A stretch of DNA of 64,000 bases from Gemmatimonadales bacterium (GTDB lineage: Bacteria; Gemmatimonadota; Gemmatimonadetes; Gemmatimonadales; GWC2-71-9), in NCBI GenBank assembly GCA_037916975.1, contig JBAIWX010000030.1:1330-65329 (forward strand). Direction: 5' to 3'. The translations under genes were made by a program, and so were the position numbers. Under the pieces are notes generated by a model. The model searched no databases. It was not told the origin of the DNA and saw only the letters and a program-made list of their open reading frames with translations. Numbering within the stretch: position 1 is the first letter of the stretch; each line of letters starts with the position of its first letter. Positions 44,111-53,911 of this stretch are shown here, piece by piece.

Positions 44111-45664
44111 TCAGCGCACCGCGCGGGCGCCGAGACGCGCCTGCACGCGGCCGAGGACCGCGCGCGCCTCGGGGACGCCCAGGCCGAGGCTGGTGGCCAG
44201 GTAGGCGGCGCCGTAGGCGCCCAGCACCACCACCGCGGCCGGGATCGGGTGCACCGCGCCGATGGCGAGGTGGGCGCCCCAGCCGACGGCGGTGCCGGCG
44301 GCCGCCGCCAGCCACAGGCGCGGCAGGAAGCCCCGCGCCACCGCCGGGTGCCCGATGCGCGCGGTGAGGGCCCGGCGCAGGAGCCAGAACTCGAGCCACC
44401 CCGAGAGGCTGAACGCGAAGGTGAGCCCCGCGGCCCCCCACCGCTCCGGCACGCCGAGCAGCGCGGGCGCCCGGAGTGCGAGCCACCACCCGACGAGCAC
44501 GTTCGACGCGACGCGGAGGATGGCGAATCGGGAGGGGGTGCGGGTGTCGTGGAGGGCGTAGAAGGTGCTCGAGTAGAGGCGGCCCAGGGTGGTGGCGAGG
44601 AGGCCGAGCGAGCAGCCGGCGAGCACCGCCCAGACGTAGTTCGTGTCGTCGGTCGTGAAGCGTCCGCTCTGGTAGAGCGCGGCGATGATGACGTTGCCGA
44701 GCAGGACGAAGCCCCACGTGGTGGGCACCACGAAGAACGCGATCTGACGGAGCCCCTTCCCCAGCCGCTCGCGCAGCCACGCGGCCCGCGCCTCGTCGGC
44801 GCCCTCGCCCCCGGCCATCTCGGGCAGCTCCGCCGCCGAGACCGACATCCCGAAGAGGCTCACCGGGAGGTTGTAGAGGGTGAGCGCGTAGCCGAGGGCC
44901 GCCTGGCCGCCGGTCGGGAGGAAGGAGGCGATGAGGGTGTCCACGTAGGCGCTGATCTGCACGACGCCGCGCCCGAGCACCGCGGGGCCGAAGTTGTGGA
45001 GCACCCGGCCCACCTCGCGCTCCACCCCCTTGAAGGTGCCGGCGAGGCCGCCCAGCACGCGGAGCACCGTCGGGAGCTGGACGAGCACCTGGGCGAGGCT
45101 TCCGACCACCGAACCCCACGCCACCTTCGCCACCAGCTCCTCGACGCCCGTACGGTTCCCCCAGCCGAGGAGCGCCACGATCATCGCGACGTTCCACGCG
45201 ACCGGCGCGGCGTACGAGAGGAAGAACCGGCGATGGCTGTTGAGGATCCCCAGGCACCAGGCGGAGAGCACGAGGAGCCCCGCGCCCGGGAAGAGGATGC
45301 GCACGAGCCGCACGGTGAGGTCGCGCTTGGCGCCCTCCGTGCCGGCCGCGACGAGGTCGGTGAGCCAGGGCGCCGCGAAGACGCCGAGGGCGACGCAGAG
45401 CGCCACGAAGAGCCCGATCAGGGCGCCGATCGCGCGGGCGACGCGCCGGGCGGACTCGGGGTCGCCTCGGTTGAGGAGCCCGGCGTACACGGGGATGAAC
45501 GACGCCGAGAGCGCTCCCTCGCCGAGGAGGTTCTGCAGGATGTTCGGGATCCGGAACGCGGCGGTGAAGGCGTCGGCGGCGTCGCCGGTGGCGAGGAAGT
45601 GGCCGAAGATCCGCATGCGGACGAGGCCGACCACCCGGCTCAGAAAGATCCCGAGCGCGACCAT
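44111..45664 (-). CDS. murJ: Lipid II flippase MurJ (MviN)
   Basis: Motifs FLSRVVGLVR, AFRIPNILQNLLGEGALSASFIPV and about 14 TM helices. Confidence 0.92.
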   Translation of the reverse strand: MVALGIFLSRVVGLVRMRIFGHFLATGDAADAFTAAFRIPNILQNLLGEGALSASFIPVYAGLLNRGDPESARRVARAIGALIGLFVALCVALGVFAAPWLTDLVAAGTEGAKRDLTVRLVRILFPGAGLLVLSAWCLGILNSHRRFFLSYAAPVAWNVAMIVALLGWGNRTGVEELVAKVAWGSVVGSLAQVLVQLPTVLRVLGGLAGTFKGVEREVGRVLHNFGPAVLGRGVVQISAYVDTLIASFLPTGGQAALGYALTLYNLPVSLFGMSVSAAELPEMAGGEGADEARAAWLRERLGKGLRQIAFFVVPTTWGFVLLGNVIIAALYQSGRFTTDDTNYVWAVLAGCSLGLLATTLGRLYSSTFYALHDTRTPSRFAILRVASNVLVGWWLALRAPALLGVPERWGAAGLTFAFSLSGWLEFWLLRRALTARIGHPAVARGFLPRLWLAAAAGTAVGWGAHLAIGAVHPIPAAVVVLGAYGAAYLATSLGLGVPEARAVLGRVQARLGARAVR

Positions 45665-45747
45665 GAGCGCGGCGCCCGTCCGGGGGCCGCGCGGCGCGGG
45701 CGCCTCCCCGGCCCCGCCCGCGGAATCCGACCGGCGTGCGTCGGCCG

Positions 45748-46026
45748 TCAGCTGGACTTGGGTGGTGGGAGGGGACGGTTCGCGGAATCCTCCAGCAACC
45801 GCTGGAGGAACTGGTTCTCCTCCTGCAGGCCCTGCACGGCGCGGGAGAGGTCGTCCACCTCGGCCTCGAGGAGCTCGACCTTCTTCGCGAGCTCGCCCAA
45901 CTGCGGCGGCACCTGCTCCGGCCCCTCGAGCCGGCGCGCGAGCGCGCGCCCGATCGGGGAGTCGATGATGATGCCCATGATGGGGATCAGCAGGGCCACG
46001 AGGAGCAGCAGGGCGATGTACTGCAT
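45748..46026 (-). CDS. Small membrane-anchored coiled-coil protein (PspB-like architecture)
   Basis: 92 aa. N-terminal TM helix (IALLLLVALLIPIMGIII) followed by a heptad-like helix (LLEAEVDDLSRAVQGLQEENQFLQRLL). Confidence 0.5.
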   Translation of the reverse strand: MQYIALLLLVALLIPIMGIIIDSPIGRALARRLEGPEQVPPQLGELAKKVELLEAEVDDLSRAVQGLQEENQFLQRLLEDSANRPLPPPKSS

Positions 46027-46035
46027 GGTCCGATT

Positions 46036-47559
46036 CTAGGACCCCGTACCGGGGGCTTCAAGGGAGCGCGCGTACCACCCTTCCGCCTCGGCCCGGACGG
46101 CGTCGAGGAACGCCGTCCCCTCACGCGCGAGGAAGGGCGCCACCGTGAAGGTCCGTTCCTGCGGCCGGCCATCCGGGAGCACGAGCCCGCGCGCCCGCGC
46201 GAGCTGGCCGAGTTCCGTCTCGCGCCGCTTCTTGAGGTGCTGGACCACCTTCCGCTCGAGATCGTCGGCGCCCTTGAGCGCCTGCCCCTTCGTTCCCTGC
46301 ACCGTCTTCTCGAGCGTCGGGTCGATCGCGGCCGCCTCGCGGGCCACGACGCCGTACTCCGCCTCGACGGCGGCGCGGATCCGCGCGAAGGCATCCACGA
46401 GGTCCGGCGGGAGCTGGTCCCGCACCACCTTGGCCTCCGCCGCCCCCGAGGGGTCGAGCAGCGCCTCGAGCGGGAGCCCGAACTTCTCGAGGACGCGGTC
46501 CACGCGCGGCTCGACCGCGACGCCCGACCAGCGCGGGACCGGCCGTTGCGCCGGCACGCCGAGCGCGGCGTACACCGGGGGCGTGAGCGCGAAGTAGCGG
46601 AGCTCCCCCGGCCCGGCGACGTAGGCGACCGTCGGAAGGATGGCGCTCTCGACCACCGGCCGGAGCAGCACGTTGGGCGAGAGCCGCTCCGGTGCGGCGG
46701 CGGCCACCTCGGCCAGCTCCTGCGGGGAGAATCGCTCGCGCCCCCGGCGGGTCATGAAGCCCTCGCCCTCCGTGACGAGCCGGTCGCGACCCGCCGAGCC
46801 CTCCAGCATCACGAGGGTGGCGCCGTCGCCCACGGCGACCCCGGGGCCCACACCCCGCGCCTCGAGGTCGGCCGCCAGCGGGACGAGGGCGGCGTCGATG
46901 GCGCGTGCCTGCGCGGCGGCCCGCACGAGCCACGGCGCGGCGAGCGACTTGAGGGCGCGGTGGCTCGCGTCGAGGCACGCGATGCCCAGGGGAGCGAGCA
47001 GCTCGGCCAGCGCGCCGGCGTAGGCGCTCCCGATCGTGGCCCCAGGGACGTAGTGCCGCCCGAGCCACGCGAGCACCGCCTCCCGGTGCTGGGCGGCCTG
47101 GAGGTCCTCGGCCAGCTGCGCCAGCGCGGCTGCGGCGCCCTCGCCGAGCGGCTCGCGGTACATCGGCGTGAGCGGGGCGTCGGCGGCGCGCGGCGGCAGG
47201 GCGGCGCGGCGGATCGAGCCGTCGGCCGCCGGCCAGGCCGTGGCGCTCGCCTCCGCGAAGTCGTGGTCGTCGGTGGCGAGCCAGAAGAGCGGGACCACGG
47301 GCCGGCCCCAGCGCCGCTCGAGCACGGCGGCGAGGGCGGCGGCCGAAAGCGCCTTGTAGACGGTGTAGAGGGGGCCGGTGAAGAGCCCGGGTTGCTGGCC
47401 GGTCGTGACGACGACGGCGCCGGGCCGCGCGAGGCGGTCGAGGGTGGGCTGGAGGCCCGGCGCCGGGACGATTGCCTCCAGGATCCGGAGGTCCACGCCG
47501 CCGTCGCGAGGCTCGGGGAGGCGGGGAGGGACGGCGAGGGGCGTCGGGACGAGGCGCAT
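46036..47559 (-). CDS. bshC: Bacillithiol biosynthesis protein BshC-like (UPF0747)
   Basis: The motif TTGQQPGLFTGPLYTVYKALSA and the ~500-aa length match my recollection of BshC. ATG at 47559. Confidence 0.78.
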   Translation of the reverse strand: MRLVPTPLAVPPRLPEPRDGGVDLRILEAIVPAPGLQPTLDRLARPGAVVVTTGQQPGLFTGPLYTVYKALSAAALAAVLERRWGRPVVPLFWLATDDHDFAEASATAWPAADGSIRRAALPPRAADAPLTPMYREPLGEGAAAALAQLAEDLQAAQHREAVLAWLGRHYVPGATIGSAYAGALAELLAPLGIACLDASHRALKSLAAPWLVRAAAQARAIDAALVPLAADLEARGVGPGVAVGDGATLVMLEGSAGRDRLVTEGEGFMTRRGRERFSPQELAEVAAAAPERLSPNVLLRPVVESAILPTVAYVAGPGELRYFALTPPVYAALGVPAQRPVPRWSGVAVEPRVDRVLEKFGLPLEALLDPSGAAEAKVVRDQLPPDLVDAFARIRAAVEAEYGVVAREAAAIDPTLEKTVQGTKGQALKGADDLERKVVQHLKKRRETELGQLARARGLVLPDGRPQERTFTVAPFLAREGTAFLDAVRAEAEGWYARSLEAPGTGS

Positions 47560-48284
47560 CAGGCCACCTTCCGGCCGACGAGGAGACATCGCGGCGCATC
47601 GGCCGCGAGCGGGCCGCCCGCGTAGTCGCCGAAGCGATGGCGGCACTCGACCCCGGCTCCTGCCAGGAGCCGCTCGAGTTCGGCGGGCGAGAACAGCCGC
47701 ACCCGCTCGAGGAAGTGCCGCCCGTCGGGCAGCAGGATGTCCTTGACCACGCGGGCTCCGTCGGGGGTGAGGCTGCGCCGGACCCTGCTGCCCGCCTCGC
47801 CCGGGACGAGGAGGCCGGGCTCGAGGCGGGCCACCGACGCGCGCACCGCGTCGGCGTTCAGGAAGTCGAGCACGAACCAGCCGCCGGGCCGCACCGTGCC
47901 GGCCATCTCCCGCAGCGTCTCGGCGTGCTCGGCGTCGGTCTCGAAGTAGCCGAAGCTCGTGAACAGGCTGAGGGCGGCGTCCATGCTGCCGGGCCGGACG
48001 GGCAGCGCGCGCATGTCGGCGCGGACGAGCGGCGAGCCGGTCACCGTCCGGGCGCGGCGCAGGAGCGCCAGCGAGAGGTCCAGGCCGACGACGCGCATCC
48101 CCTCGCCGTCGAGGGCGGCGGCATGCCGGCCCGGCCCGCAGGCGATGTCCAGCACCCGCCACCCCGGGCCCCAGCCGAGCACGCGATGGAGGAGCGCCAC
48201 CAGTCGCGCCGCGTCCTCGGCATCGCGGTGCGGGTAGAGGGCGAGGTACTCCTCCCCGAACCATGCCTCGAACCACTCCGGCAC
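47559..48284 (-). CDS. Class I SAM-dependent methyltransferase
   Basis: Motif I VLDIACGPGRH and post-I VVGLDLS. 1-nt TGATG junction with bshC. Confidence 0.8.
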   Translation of the reverse strand: MPEWFEAWFGEEYLALYPHRDAEDAARLVALLHRVLGWGPGWRVLDIACGPGRHAAALDGEGMRVVGLDLSLALLRRARTVTGSPLVRADMRALPVRPGSMDAALSLFTSFGYFETDAEHAETLREMAGTVRPGGWFVLDFLNADAVRASVARLEPGLLVPGEAGSRVRRSLTPDGARVVKDILLPDGRHFLERVRLFSPAELERLLAGAGVECRHRFGDYAGGPLAADAPRCLLVGRKVA

Positions 48285-48300
48285 GCCGCCGTCCCCCAGG

Positions 48301-48765
48301 CTACTTGTGGTACGGTTCGCCGCGCAGGATCGTCCCGGCGCGGTAGAGCTGCTCGAGCACGACCACGCGCGCGAGTTCGTGCGGGAGCGTCAGGGCGCCG
48401 AGGCTCCAGCGTTCCGCGGCGCGACCGACGAGCGCCGGGTCGAGCCCGTGCGGGCCGCCGAGCACGAGGGCCACGGGGCGCGCGGCCAGCGCCCAGGCCT
48501 CGAGCCGCCGGGCGAGGTCCTCGCTCGACCACGGCTTCCCGCCCCGGTCGAGCACCACGAGGTGCGCCCCGGGCGGCACGCGCGCGAGGAGCCGCTCCCC
48601 CTCCTCGCGGCGCTCGGCGTCCGGCGTCGGCGCCCGCGACGCCTCGCGCACCTCGTGCTCGGCCACCTGCGCGTGGCGGCCCAGGCGGCGGAGGTAGTCG
48701 TCGGCGACGTCACGGAGCGCCGGCCGCAGCCGGCCGACCGCCACGACGGCGAGGGCGAGGGCCAT
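48301..48765 (-). CDS. rlmH: 23S rRNA (pseudouridine1915-N3)-methyltransferase
   Basis: 154 aa, SPOUT type. Motifs LVLGGPHGL, LPHELARVVVLEQLYRA and C-terminal GEPYHK. Confidence 0.9.
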   Translation of the reverse strand: MALALAVVAVGRLRPALRDVADDYLRRLGRHAQVAEHEVREASRAPTPDAERREEGERLLARVPPGAHLVVLDRGGKPWSSEDLARRLEAWALAARPVALVLGGPHGLDPALVGRAAERWSLGALTLPHELARVVVLEQLYRAGTILRGEPYHK

Positions 48766-48783
48766 CGGGGCGGCGGGCGCCGC

Positions 48784-50091
48784 TCAGGCGTACATGCCGC
48801 GGAGGCGGTGCACCGCGGCCACGCGCTCGATGGCGAGCATGTAGGCGCCGATGCGCAGGTTGAGCTTGTGCCGGTCGGCCATGCCCGCCACCTCGTCGAA
48901 GGAACGGACCATGATGCGCTCGAGGCGCTGGTTCACCGTCTCCTCGTCCCAGAAGTAGCCGCCGCGGTCCTGCACCCACTCGAAGTAGCTCACCGTGACG
49001 CCGCCCGCGTTCGCGAGGATGTCGGGGATCACGAAGACGCCCTTGTCCTCGAGGATCTTGTCGGCGCCGGCGGTGGTGGGCCCGTTGGCGCCCTCGCAGA
49101 TGATCTTCGCCTGCACGTCGCCGGCGTTCTTGCTGGTGATCACGTTCTCGAGCGCGGCGGGGACCAGCACGTCGCACGGCAGGGTGAGGAGCTCGTCGTT
49201 GCCGATCGCCTGCGCCTTCGGGTAGCCGGCGAGCAGTTTTTTCTCGCGCACCCACCGCTGCACGTCGTCGAGGTCGAGCCCCTTCGGGTCGTAGATGCCG
49301 CCCGACTTGTCGCTCACCGCGACGACGGTGCACCCCTCGCGCGCGAGCAGGATCGCGGTGACGGACCCCACGTTCCCGAAGCCCTGCACCGCCACGCGCG
49401 CGCCCCGCACCGGGATCCCCAGCCGGCCGAGCGCCTGCTTGGTGACGAGCATGCAGCCGCGCCCGGTCGCCTCGCGGCGGCCCAGCGAGCCGCCCATCTC
49501 GACCGGCTTGCCGGTCACGACGGCGGTCACCGTGTGGCGCTTGTGCATGGAGTAGGTGTCCATCACCCAGGCCATCACCCGCTCGTTGGTGTTCACGTCG
49601 GGCGCGGGGACGTCGGAATCCGGGCCGAGGACCTCGATGATCGAGGAGGTGTAGCGGCGGGTGAGGCGCTCGAGTTCGGGGGTGGAGAGGTTCGACGGGT
49701 CGCAGATCACGCCGCCCTTCGCGCCGCCGAAGGGGATGTTCACGACGGCGCACTTCCACGTCATCCACGCCGCGAGCGCCTTCACCTCGTCGAGCGTGAC
49801 GTTGAGGTCGAAGCGGATGCCGCCCTTCGCCGGCCCGCGCGAGGAGTTGTGGATCACGCGGATGCCGGTGAAGACCTCGACCTCGCCGTTGTCGCGCTGG
49901 ATCGGCACCGAGGTGATGATCTGCTTCTCGGGATGGCGCAGCACCTTGTAGAGGCCGGGATCGAGGCTCAGCCGCTGGGCGGCGTAGTCGAACCGCGACA
50001 TCATCTCCTCGAAGGGATTCTCCTCGGCGAGGAAGGTGTCCTTCTCCGGCTGGATGATCGCGTGCCCGGGACGGGCGCTCGTGCTCGTCAT
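48784..50091 (-). CDS. gdhA: Glutamate dehydrogenase (Glu/Leu/Phe/Val dehydrogenase family)
   Basis: Motifs [17 protein letters not shown] and VQGFGNVG (Rossmann fold). Confidence 0.9.
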   Translation of the reverse strand: MTSTSARPGHAIIQPEKDTFLAEENPFEEMMSRFDYAAQRLSLDPGLYKVLRHPEKQIITSVPIQRDNGEVEVFTGIRVIHNSSRGPAKGGIRFDLNVTLDEVKALAAWMTWKCAVVNIPFGGAKGGVICDPSNLSTPELERLTRRYTSSIIEVLGPDSDVPAPDVNTNERVMAWVMDTYSMHKRHTVTAVVTGKPVEMGGSLGRREATGRGCMLVTKQALGRLGIPVRGARVAVQGFGNVGSVTAILLAREGCTVVAVSDKSGGIYDPKGLDLDDVQRWVREKKLLAGYPKAQAIGNDELLTLPCDVLVPAALENVITSKNAGDVQAKIICEGANGPTTAGADKILEDKGVFVIPDILANAGGVTVSYFEWVQDRGGYFWDEETVNQRLERIMVRSFDEVAGMADRHKLNLRIGAYMLAIERVAAVHRLRGMYA

Positions 50092-50134
50092 GCAGGTCTC
50101 CGTTGCGCCCGGCGCGCCCGCGCCGGGCTGGGGA

Positions 50135-51178
50135 TCAGGTCCGGGGGACGGGCGCGACCGCCGCGTCGATCCCGGCCAGCAACCGCTCGGCGCCGCGCTC
50201 CCAGCCGAGTCCGAGCACCGCCACCAGCGGCTCGGGGGCCGCGGCGGGCCAGCGGTCGCGCAGCTTCACCGCATCCTTCTCCGTCAGCACCACGTGGTCG
50301 GCCTTGCGGGCGGCGTGGGCCAGCCATGCCACGTCGGCCTCGCGGTAGTCGTGGTGGTCCCGCCACGTGGCCACCTGCACCGCCGCCCCGGTCGCCTTCA
50401 CCTGGGCCGCGAAGGCGTCGGGATCGGCGATGCCGGAGGCGGCCACGACGCGTCGCCCGGCGAGCGTGGCCGGCGGCAAGACCTTCCCGCTCACGAGGCC
50501 TTCCAGGTGCTGGAAGCCGAGGTGCGCGATCGCCACGGGCACGTCGGTGCGCCGGGCGAGCTCGTCCGCGAACGCCTCGGCCGCCTCGCGGGTGGCGCGC
50601 TTCCGGGTGACCACGACCCCGTCGGCGCGGTCGAGCGCGGCGAACCCCTCGCGCCAGGGGCCCGCCGGCACGCGCCAGCGCACCGCGCGAGCCGACTCGG
50701 CGGCCACGACGCACAGGTTGAAGTCCCGGCGCACGTCGAGCCGCTGATACGCGTCGTCCAGCACCAGCACCTGCGCGCCGCGCGCGAGCGCCTCCCGGGC
50801 CCCCACGAGCCGGTCGGGATTCGGGACCACGATCCCGCCGGGGACGGCGCGCTCGTGGACCAGGGTCTCGTCCGCCCCGTAGCCGCGCAGCACGATCCCG
50901 GGGACGAGCCCCTGCGAAGCCAGGTGGCGGGCCACCCAGATCGCGACCGGCGTCTTGCCCGACCCGCCGACGCTCAGGTTGCCCACCGCCACCGCCGGCA
51001 GCGGCAGGTCGTGCGTCTCGAACCAGCCGCGGGCATAGGCCCGCTCCCGGAGCCACATCCCCGCGCCCCACAGCCCGGAGGCCGGCAGCAGCAGGAGCCG
51101 CGCCAGCCCCGCCTCGGGGCGGCGGCTCGTCCAGAGCCAGCGGATCAGCCGGTGCGTGTCGCCGCGTCGTCGCGCCAT
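50135..51178 (-). CDS. lpxK: Tetraacyldisaccharide 4'-kinase
   Basis: P-loop [16 protein letters not shown] at 51178 ([16 protein letters not shown]). Confidence 0.85.
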   Translation of the reverse strand: MARRRGDTHRLIRWLWTSRRPEAGLARLLLLPASGLWGAGMWLRERAYARGWFETHDLPLPAVAVGNLSVGGSGKTPVAIWVARHLASQGLVPGIVLRGYGADETLVHERAVPGGIVVPNPDRLVGAREALARGAQVLVLDDAYQRLDVRRDFNLCVVAAESARAVRWRVPAGPWREGFAALDRADGVVVTRKRATREAAEAFADELARRTDVPVAIAHLGFQHLEGLVSGKVLPPATLAGRRVVAASGIADPDAFAAQVKATGAAVQVATWRDHHDYREADVAWLAHAARKADHVVLTEKDAVKLRDRWPAAAPEPLVAVLGLGWERGAERLLAGIDAAVAPVPRT

Positions 51179-51813
51179 GTCCCCTCGGCCGGCGCCCCGA
51201 GCGCCGCCAGTGCCGCCAGCGTGGCCGCCTCGGCCGCCGCCAGCCCCGCTGCCCCGGGCGCCGTCTCGATCGGCGTCCCGTACCGCACCTCCACCCGCGC
51301 GAACGGCTTCGGGATCACCATCCGGTCCCACGACCGGAGGCGCCAGGCCCGATCCGCGTGGGCGTGGATCGGCAGGATCGGCGCCCCCACGTGCTGCGCC
51401 GCCGCCACCGCCGCCCCCTTGAAGACCCGCCGCGGCCCGACCGGGCCGTCGGGCGTCAGGGTCACGCTCCGTCCCTCGCGCAGCGCCCCCAGGGTCCCCC
51501 GGAGCGCCGACGCCGCCCCGCGCCGGCTCGAGCCCCGCACGGTGCCGTAGCCGAGGCGTTCCGCGAGGTCGGCCAGGTACTGCCCGTCCCGGGCCGCGCT
51601 CACGACGATGGTGATCCCCCAGCCCCGGTGATGCCAGAGGAGGGGCAGGATCGCCTCATGCCAGCAGACCACCACGTGGGGTCGCTCACGGCGCCGGACC
51701 CGTGCGGCCGCCTCCACCGCCCCGACCTCGCGGACGCGCCAGCTCGCGGCCAGGAGCCGCACGAGCGGGCCGGCGAGCGCCGCGACGAGGCGCGGCGGGA
51801 CGGCGAGCCTCAC
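51145..51813 (-). CDS. DUF374 / lysophospholipid-acyltransferase-like protein
   Basis: Motifs VVCWHEAILPL, VSAARDGQYLA and LTPDGPVGPRRVFKGAA. GTGA overlap with lpxB; overlaps the lpxK start by 34 nt. Confidence 0.7.
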   Translation of the reverse strand: MRLAVPPRLVAALAGPLVRLLAASWRVREVGAVEAAARVRRRERPHVVVCWHEAILPLLWHHRGWGITIVVSAARDGQYLADLAERLGYGTVRGSSRRGAASALRGTLGALREGRSVTLTPDGPVGPRRVFKGAAVAAAQHVGAPILPIHAHADRAWRLRSWDRMVIPKPFARVEVRYGTPIETAPGAAGLAAAEAATLAALAALGAPAEGTWRDDAATRTG

Positions 51814-52934
51814 GCCGCCGGCAGCAGCTCCGCCGCGAGGGCCGCCACCCGCTCCGCGGCGCCGGGGAGCCCCAGTCGGTCGCGCACCTCGCGGAGCCCC
51901 TCGCGCTGCCGGCGCGCCGCCGCCGAGGCGGGGTCGAGCAGCGGGCGGGTCTCGGCGACGAGCCGGTCCGCGGTCGCATCCCCCTGGATCAACTCCGGGA
52001 CGACGTCCCGGCCCGCCACCAGGTTCACGAGCGAGTACCGGCGGAGCTTCACCATCCGCAGCGTGATGTGGTACGTGACCGGGTGCAGCCGGTACGCCAC
52101 CACCATCGGCACGTCCGCCAGGGCACACTCGAGGGTCGTCGTGCCGCTCTTCGCAATCATCGCGTCCGACGCGGCCAGGATCGCGAGTGGGTCGTCACGG
52201 TGCACCTCGATGGGACCCGCGTCGGGATACTCGCCCCGTGCCGTTCCCGCGACCACGACGCGCTCGCAGGCGCCCTCGTCGAGGAGGCGCCGTGCCGCGT
52301 CCCGGAACGGGCCCCAGAGCCGCCGCACCTCGCCGTGGCGGCTGCCGGGGAAGAGCCCGAGCACCTTCCCCTCCGCCGGGAGCCCGAGGCGGGCACGCGC
52401 CGCGGCGCGGCCGGGACCGGGCGCGCGGTCGAGGAGCGGGTGCCCGACGTAGGTCGCCGGCACGCCGAGCCCCCGGAAGAACGCCTCCTCGAACGGCAGC
52501 ACGACCGCGAGCCGGTCCACGTGGGCGGCGAGCTTCCGGGCCCGCCCAGGCCGCCAGGCCCAGAGCTGCGGCGCGATGTAGTAGAGCACGCGCAGCCCGG
52601 CGCGATGGGCCGATTCGGCGAGCCGGAGGTGGAAGCCCGGGTAGTCGATCGGGATCACCAGGTCCCACGCGCGCGCCCGGAACCCCGCCTCGAGCGTGCG
52701 CAGCAGCCGCAGGTGCGCGGGGATCTTCTCGACCACCTCCACCAGCCCGAACGCGGCGAACCCCTCCATCGGCCAGCGCACGGTCGCGCCCGCCTCCGCC
52801 ATCCGGGGGCCGCCGAAGGCCTCGATCACCGCCCCGGGCCAGCGTGCGCGCAGCGCGCGGACCACGGCGGCGCCGTGCAGGTCCCCCGACGGCTCGCCGG
52901 CGGAGACGAGGATCCTGGGCTGTCGCGGCGTCAT
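51810..52934 (-). CDS. lpxB: Lipid-A-disaccharide synthase
   Basis: Motifs ILVSAGEPSGDLHGA, DYPGFHLRL, YYIAPQLWAWR and KSGTTTLE. Confidence 0.9.
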   Translation of the reverse strand: MTPRQPRILVSAGEPSGDLHGAAVVRALRARWPGAVIEAFGGPRMAEAGATVRWPMEGFAAFGLVEVVEKIPAHLRLLRTLEAGFRARAWDLVIPIDYPGFHLRLAESAHRAGLRVLYYIAPQLWAWRPGRARKLAAHVDRLAVVLPFEEAFFRGLGVPATYVGHPLLDRAPGPGRAAARARLGLPAEGKVLGLFPGSRHGEVRRLWGPFRDAARRLLDEGACERVVVAGTARGEYPDAGPIEVHRDDPLAILAASDAMIAKSGTTTLECALADVPMVVAYRLHPVTYHITLRMVKLRRYSLVNLVAGRDVVPELIQGDATADRLVAETRPLLDPASAAARRQREGLREVRDRLGLPGAAERVAALAAELLPAA

Positions 52935-53911
52935 CGGCCCGGGTGCAGCCCGAACGGCGCCCGCTCCACCGCCTCCGTGACGCGCAGCGCCAGGGCGAGG
53001 GCCGCCCGCCCCTCGCGCCCGGAGACCACCGCGTCGCGCTCGCCGCGCACGACGTGCACGAAGCTCTGCAGTTCGAGGGCAAGCGCGTCGGCCTCCGGCG
53101 CCTCGAGGTGGATCCGCTCCACGATCTCGGCCAGGTCCTGCCCCGTGCCCGGCTTCCAGCCGGCGCGCAGCCGCATGAACTCGCCCGTGCCGGACGCCAT
53201 GTCGAGCGAGAAGTAGCCGTTCGGCTGGAAGAGCCGGAGCTTCCGCACCCGGTCGCGCGCGACGCGGGAGCTGGTGACGTTCGCCACGGTGCCGTTGTCG
53301 AACTCCACGCGGGCGTTGGCGAGGTCGAGATGGGGCGAGAGGACGGCGGCCCCGGCCGCGCGCACGTCCACCGGGTGGGCGCCGCGCGTGAGGTGCAGGA
53401 TGATGTCGAGGTCGTGGATCATGAGATCCAGCACGACGGCCACGTCGGTGCCGCGCGGCTGGAACGGGGCGAGCCGCTGGCTCTCCGCGTAGAGCGGCAC
53501 GTCGAGCCACGGCTCGGCGGCGCGGAGCGCGCGGTTGAAGCGCTCGATGTGCCCCACCTGCAGCTGGACGCCGCGCCGCTCCGCCTCGGCGATGAGCGCG
53601 TCGGCCTCGTCGAGCGTGGCGGCGAGCGGCTTCTCCATCAGCACGGGGATCCCGCGCCCGAGGACGTGCAGCCCCACCTCGGCGTGGAAGGAGGTCGGCA
53701 CGGCGACGGACACCGCGCGCACCTCGGCGAGGAGCGCGTCCAGCGCCGCGAAGGCGCGCGTGCCCAGTTCCGCCGCGACCGCCTGGGCGCGCGCCCGGTC
53801 GGTGTCGAAGACGCCGACCAGCGCCGCCTCGCTCGAGGCGGCGAGGTGGCGGGCGTGGTGCCGGCCCAGCGCGCCCACCCCGACGACGCCGACGGGGAGG
53901 CGCGCGGTCAC
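52931..53911 (-). CDS. Gfo/Idh/MocA family NAD-dependent oxidoreductase embedded in the lipid A operon
   Basis: Rossmann motif [14 protein letters not shown], plus EKPLA and QVGHIERFN. 4-nt overlaps with both lpxA and lpxB. Confidence 0.85.
   Translation of the reverse strand: MTARLPVGVVGVGALGRHHARHLAASSEAALVGVFDTDRARAQAVAAELGTRAFAALDALLAEVRAVSVAVPTSFHAEVGLHVLGRGIPVLMEKPLAATLDEADALIAEAERRGVQLQVGHIERFNRALRAAEPWLDVPLYAESQRLAPFQPRGTDVAVVLDLMIHDLDIILHLTRGAHPVDVRAAGAAVLSPHLDLANARVEFDNGTVANVTSSRVARDRVRKLRLFQPNGYFSLDMASGTGEFMRLRAGWKPGTGQDLAEIVERIHLEAPEADALALELQSFVHVVRGERDAVVSGREGRAALALALRVTEAVERAPFGLHPGR

Noticed and set aside
38039-46039. Giant antisense or shadow ORFs (38039-41092 plus, 42161-46039 plus, 42228-45257 minus). 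The same pattern occurs at 66-1553, 1057-2757, 10614-13034, 34103-37108, 57626-60175 and 60325-62667.
   Set aside because: All overlap genes with clear family motifs on the other strand or frame. Their products are Arg/Pro/Gly/Asp/His-rich with no motifs. This is a high-GC stop-codon-depletion artefact.
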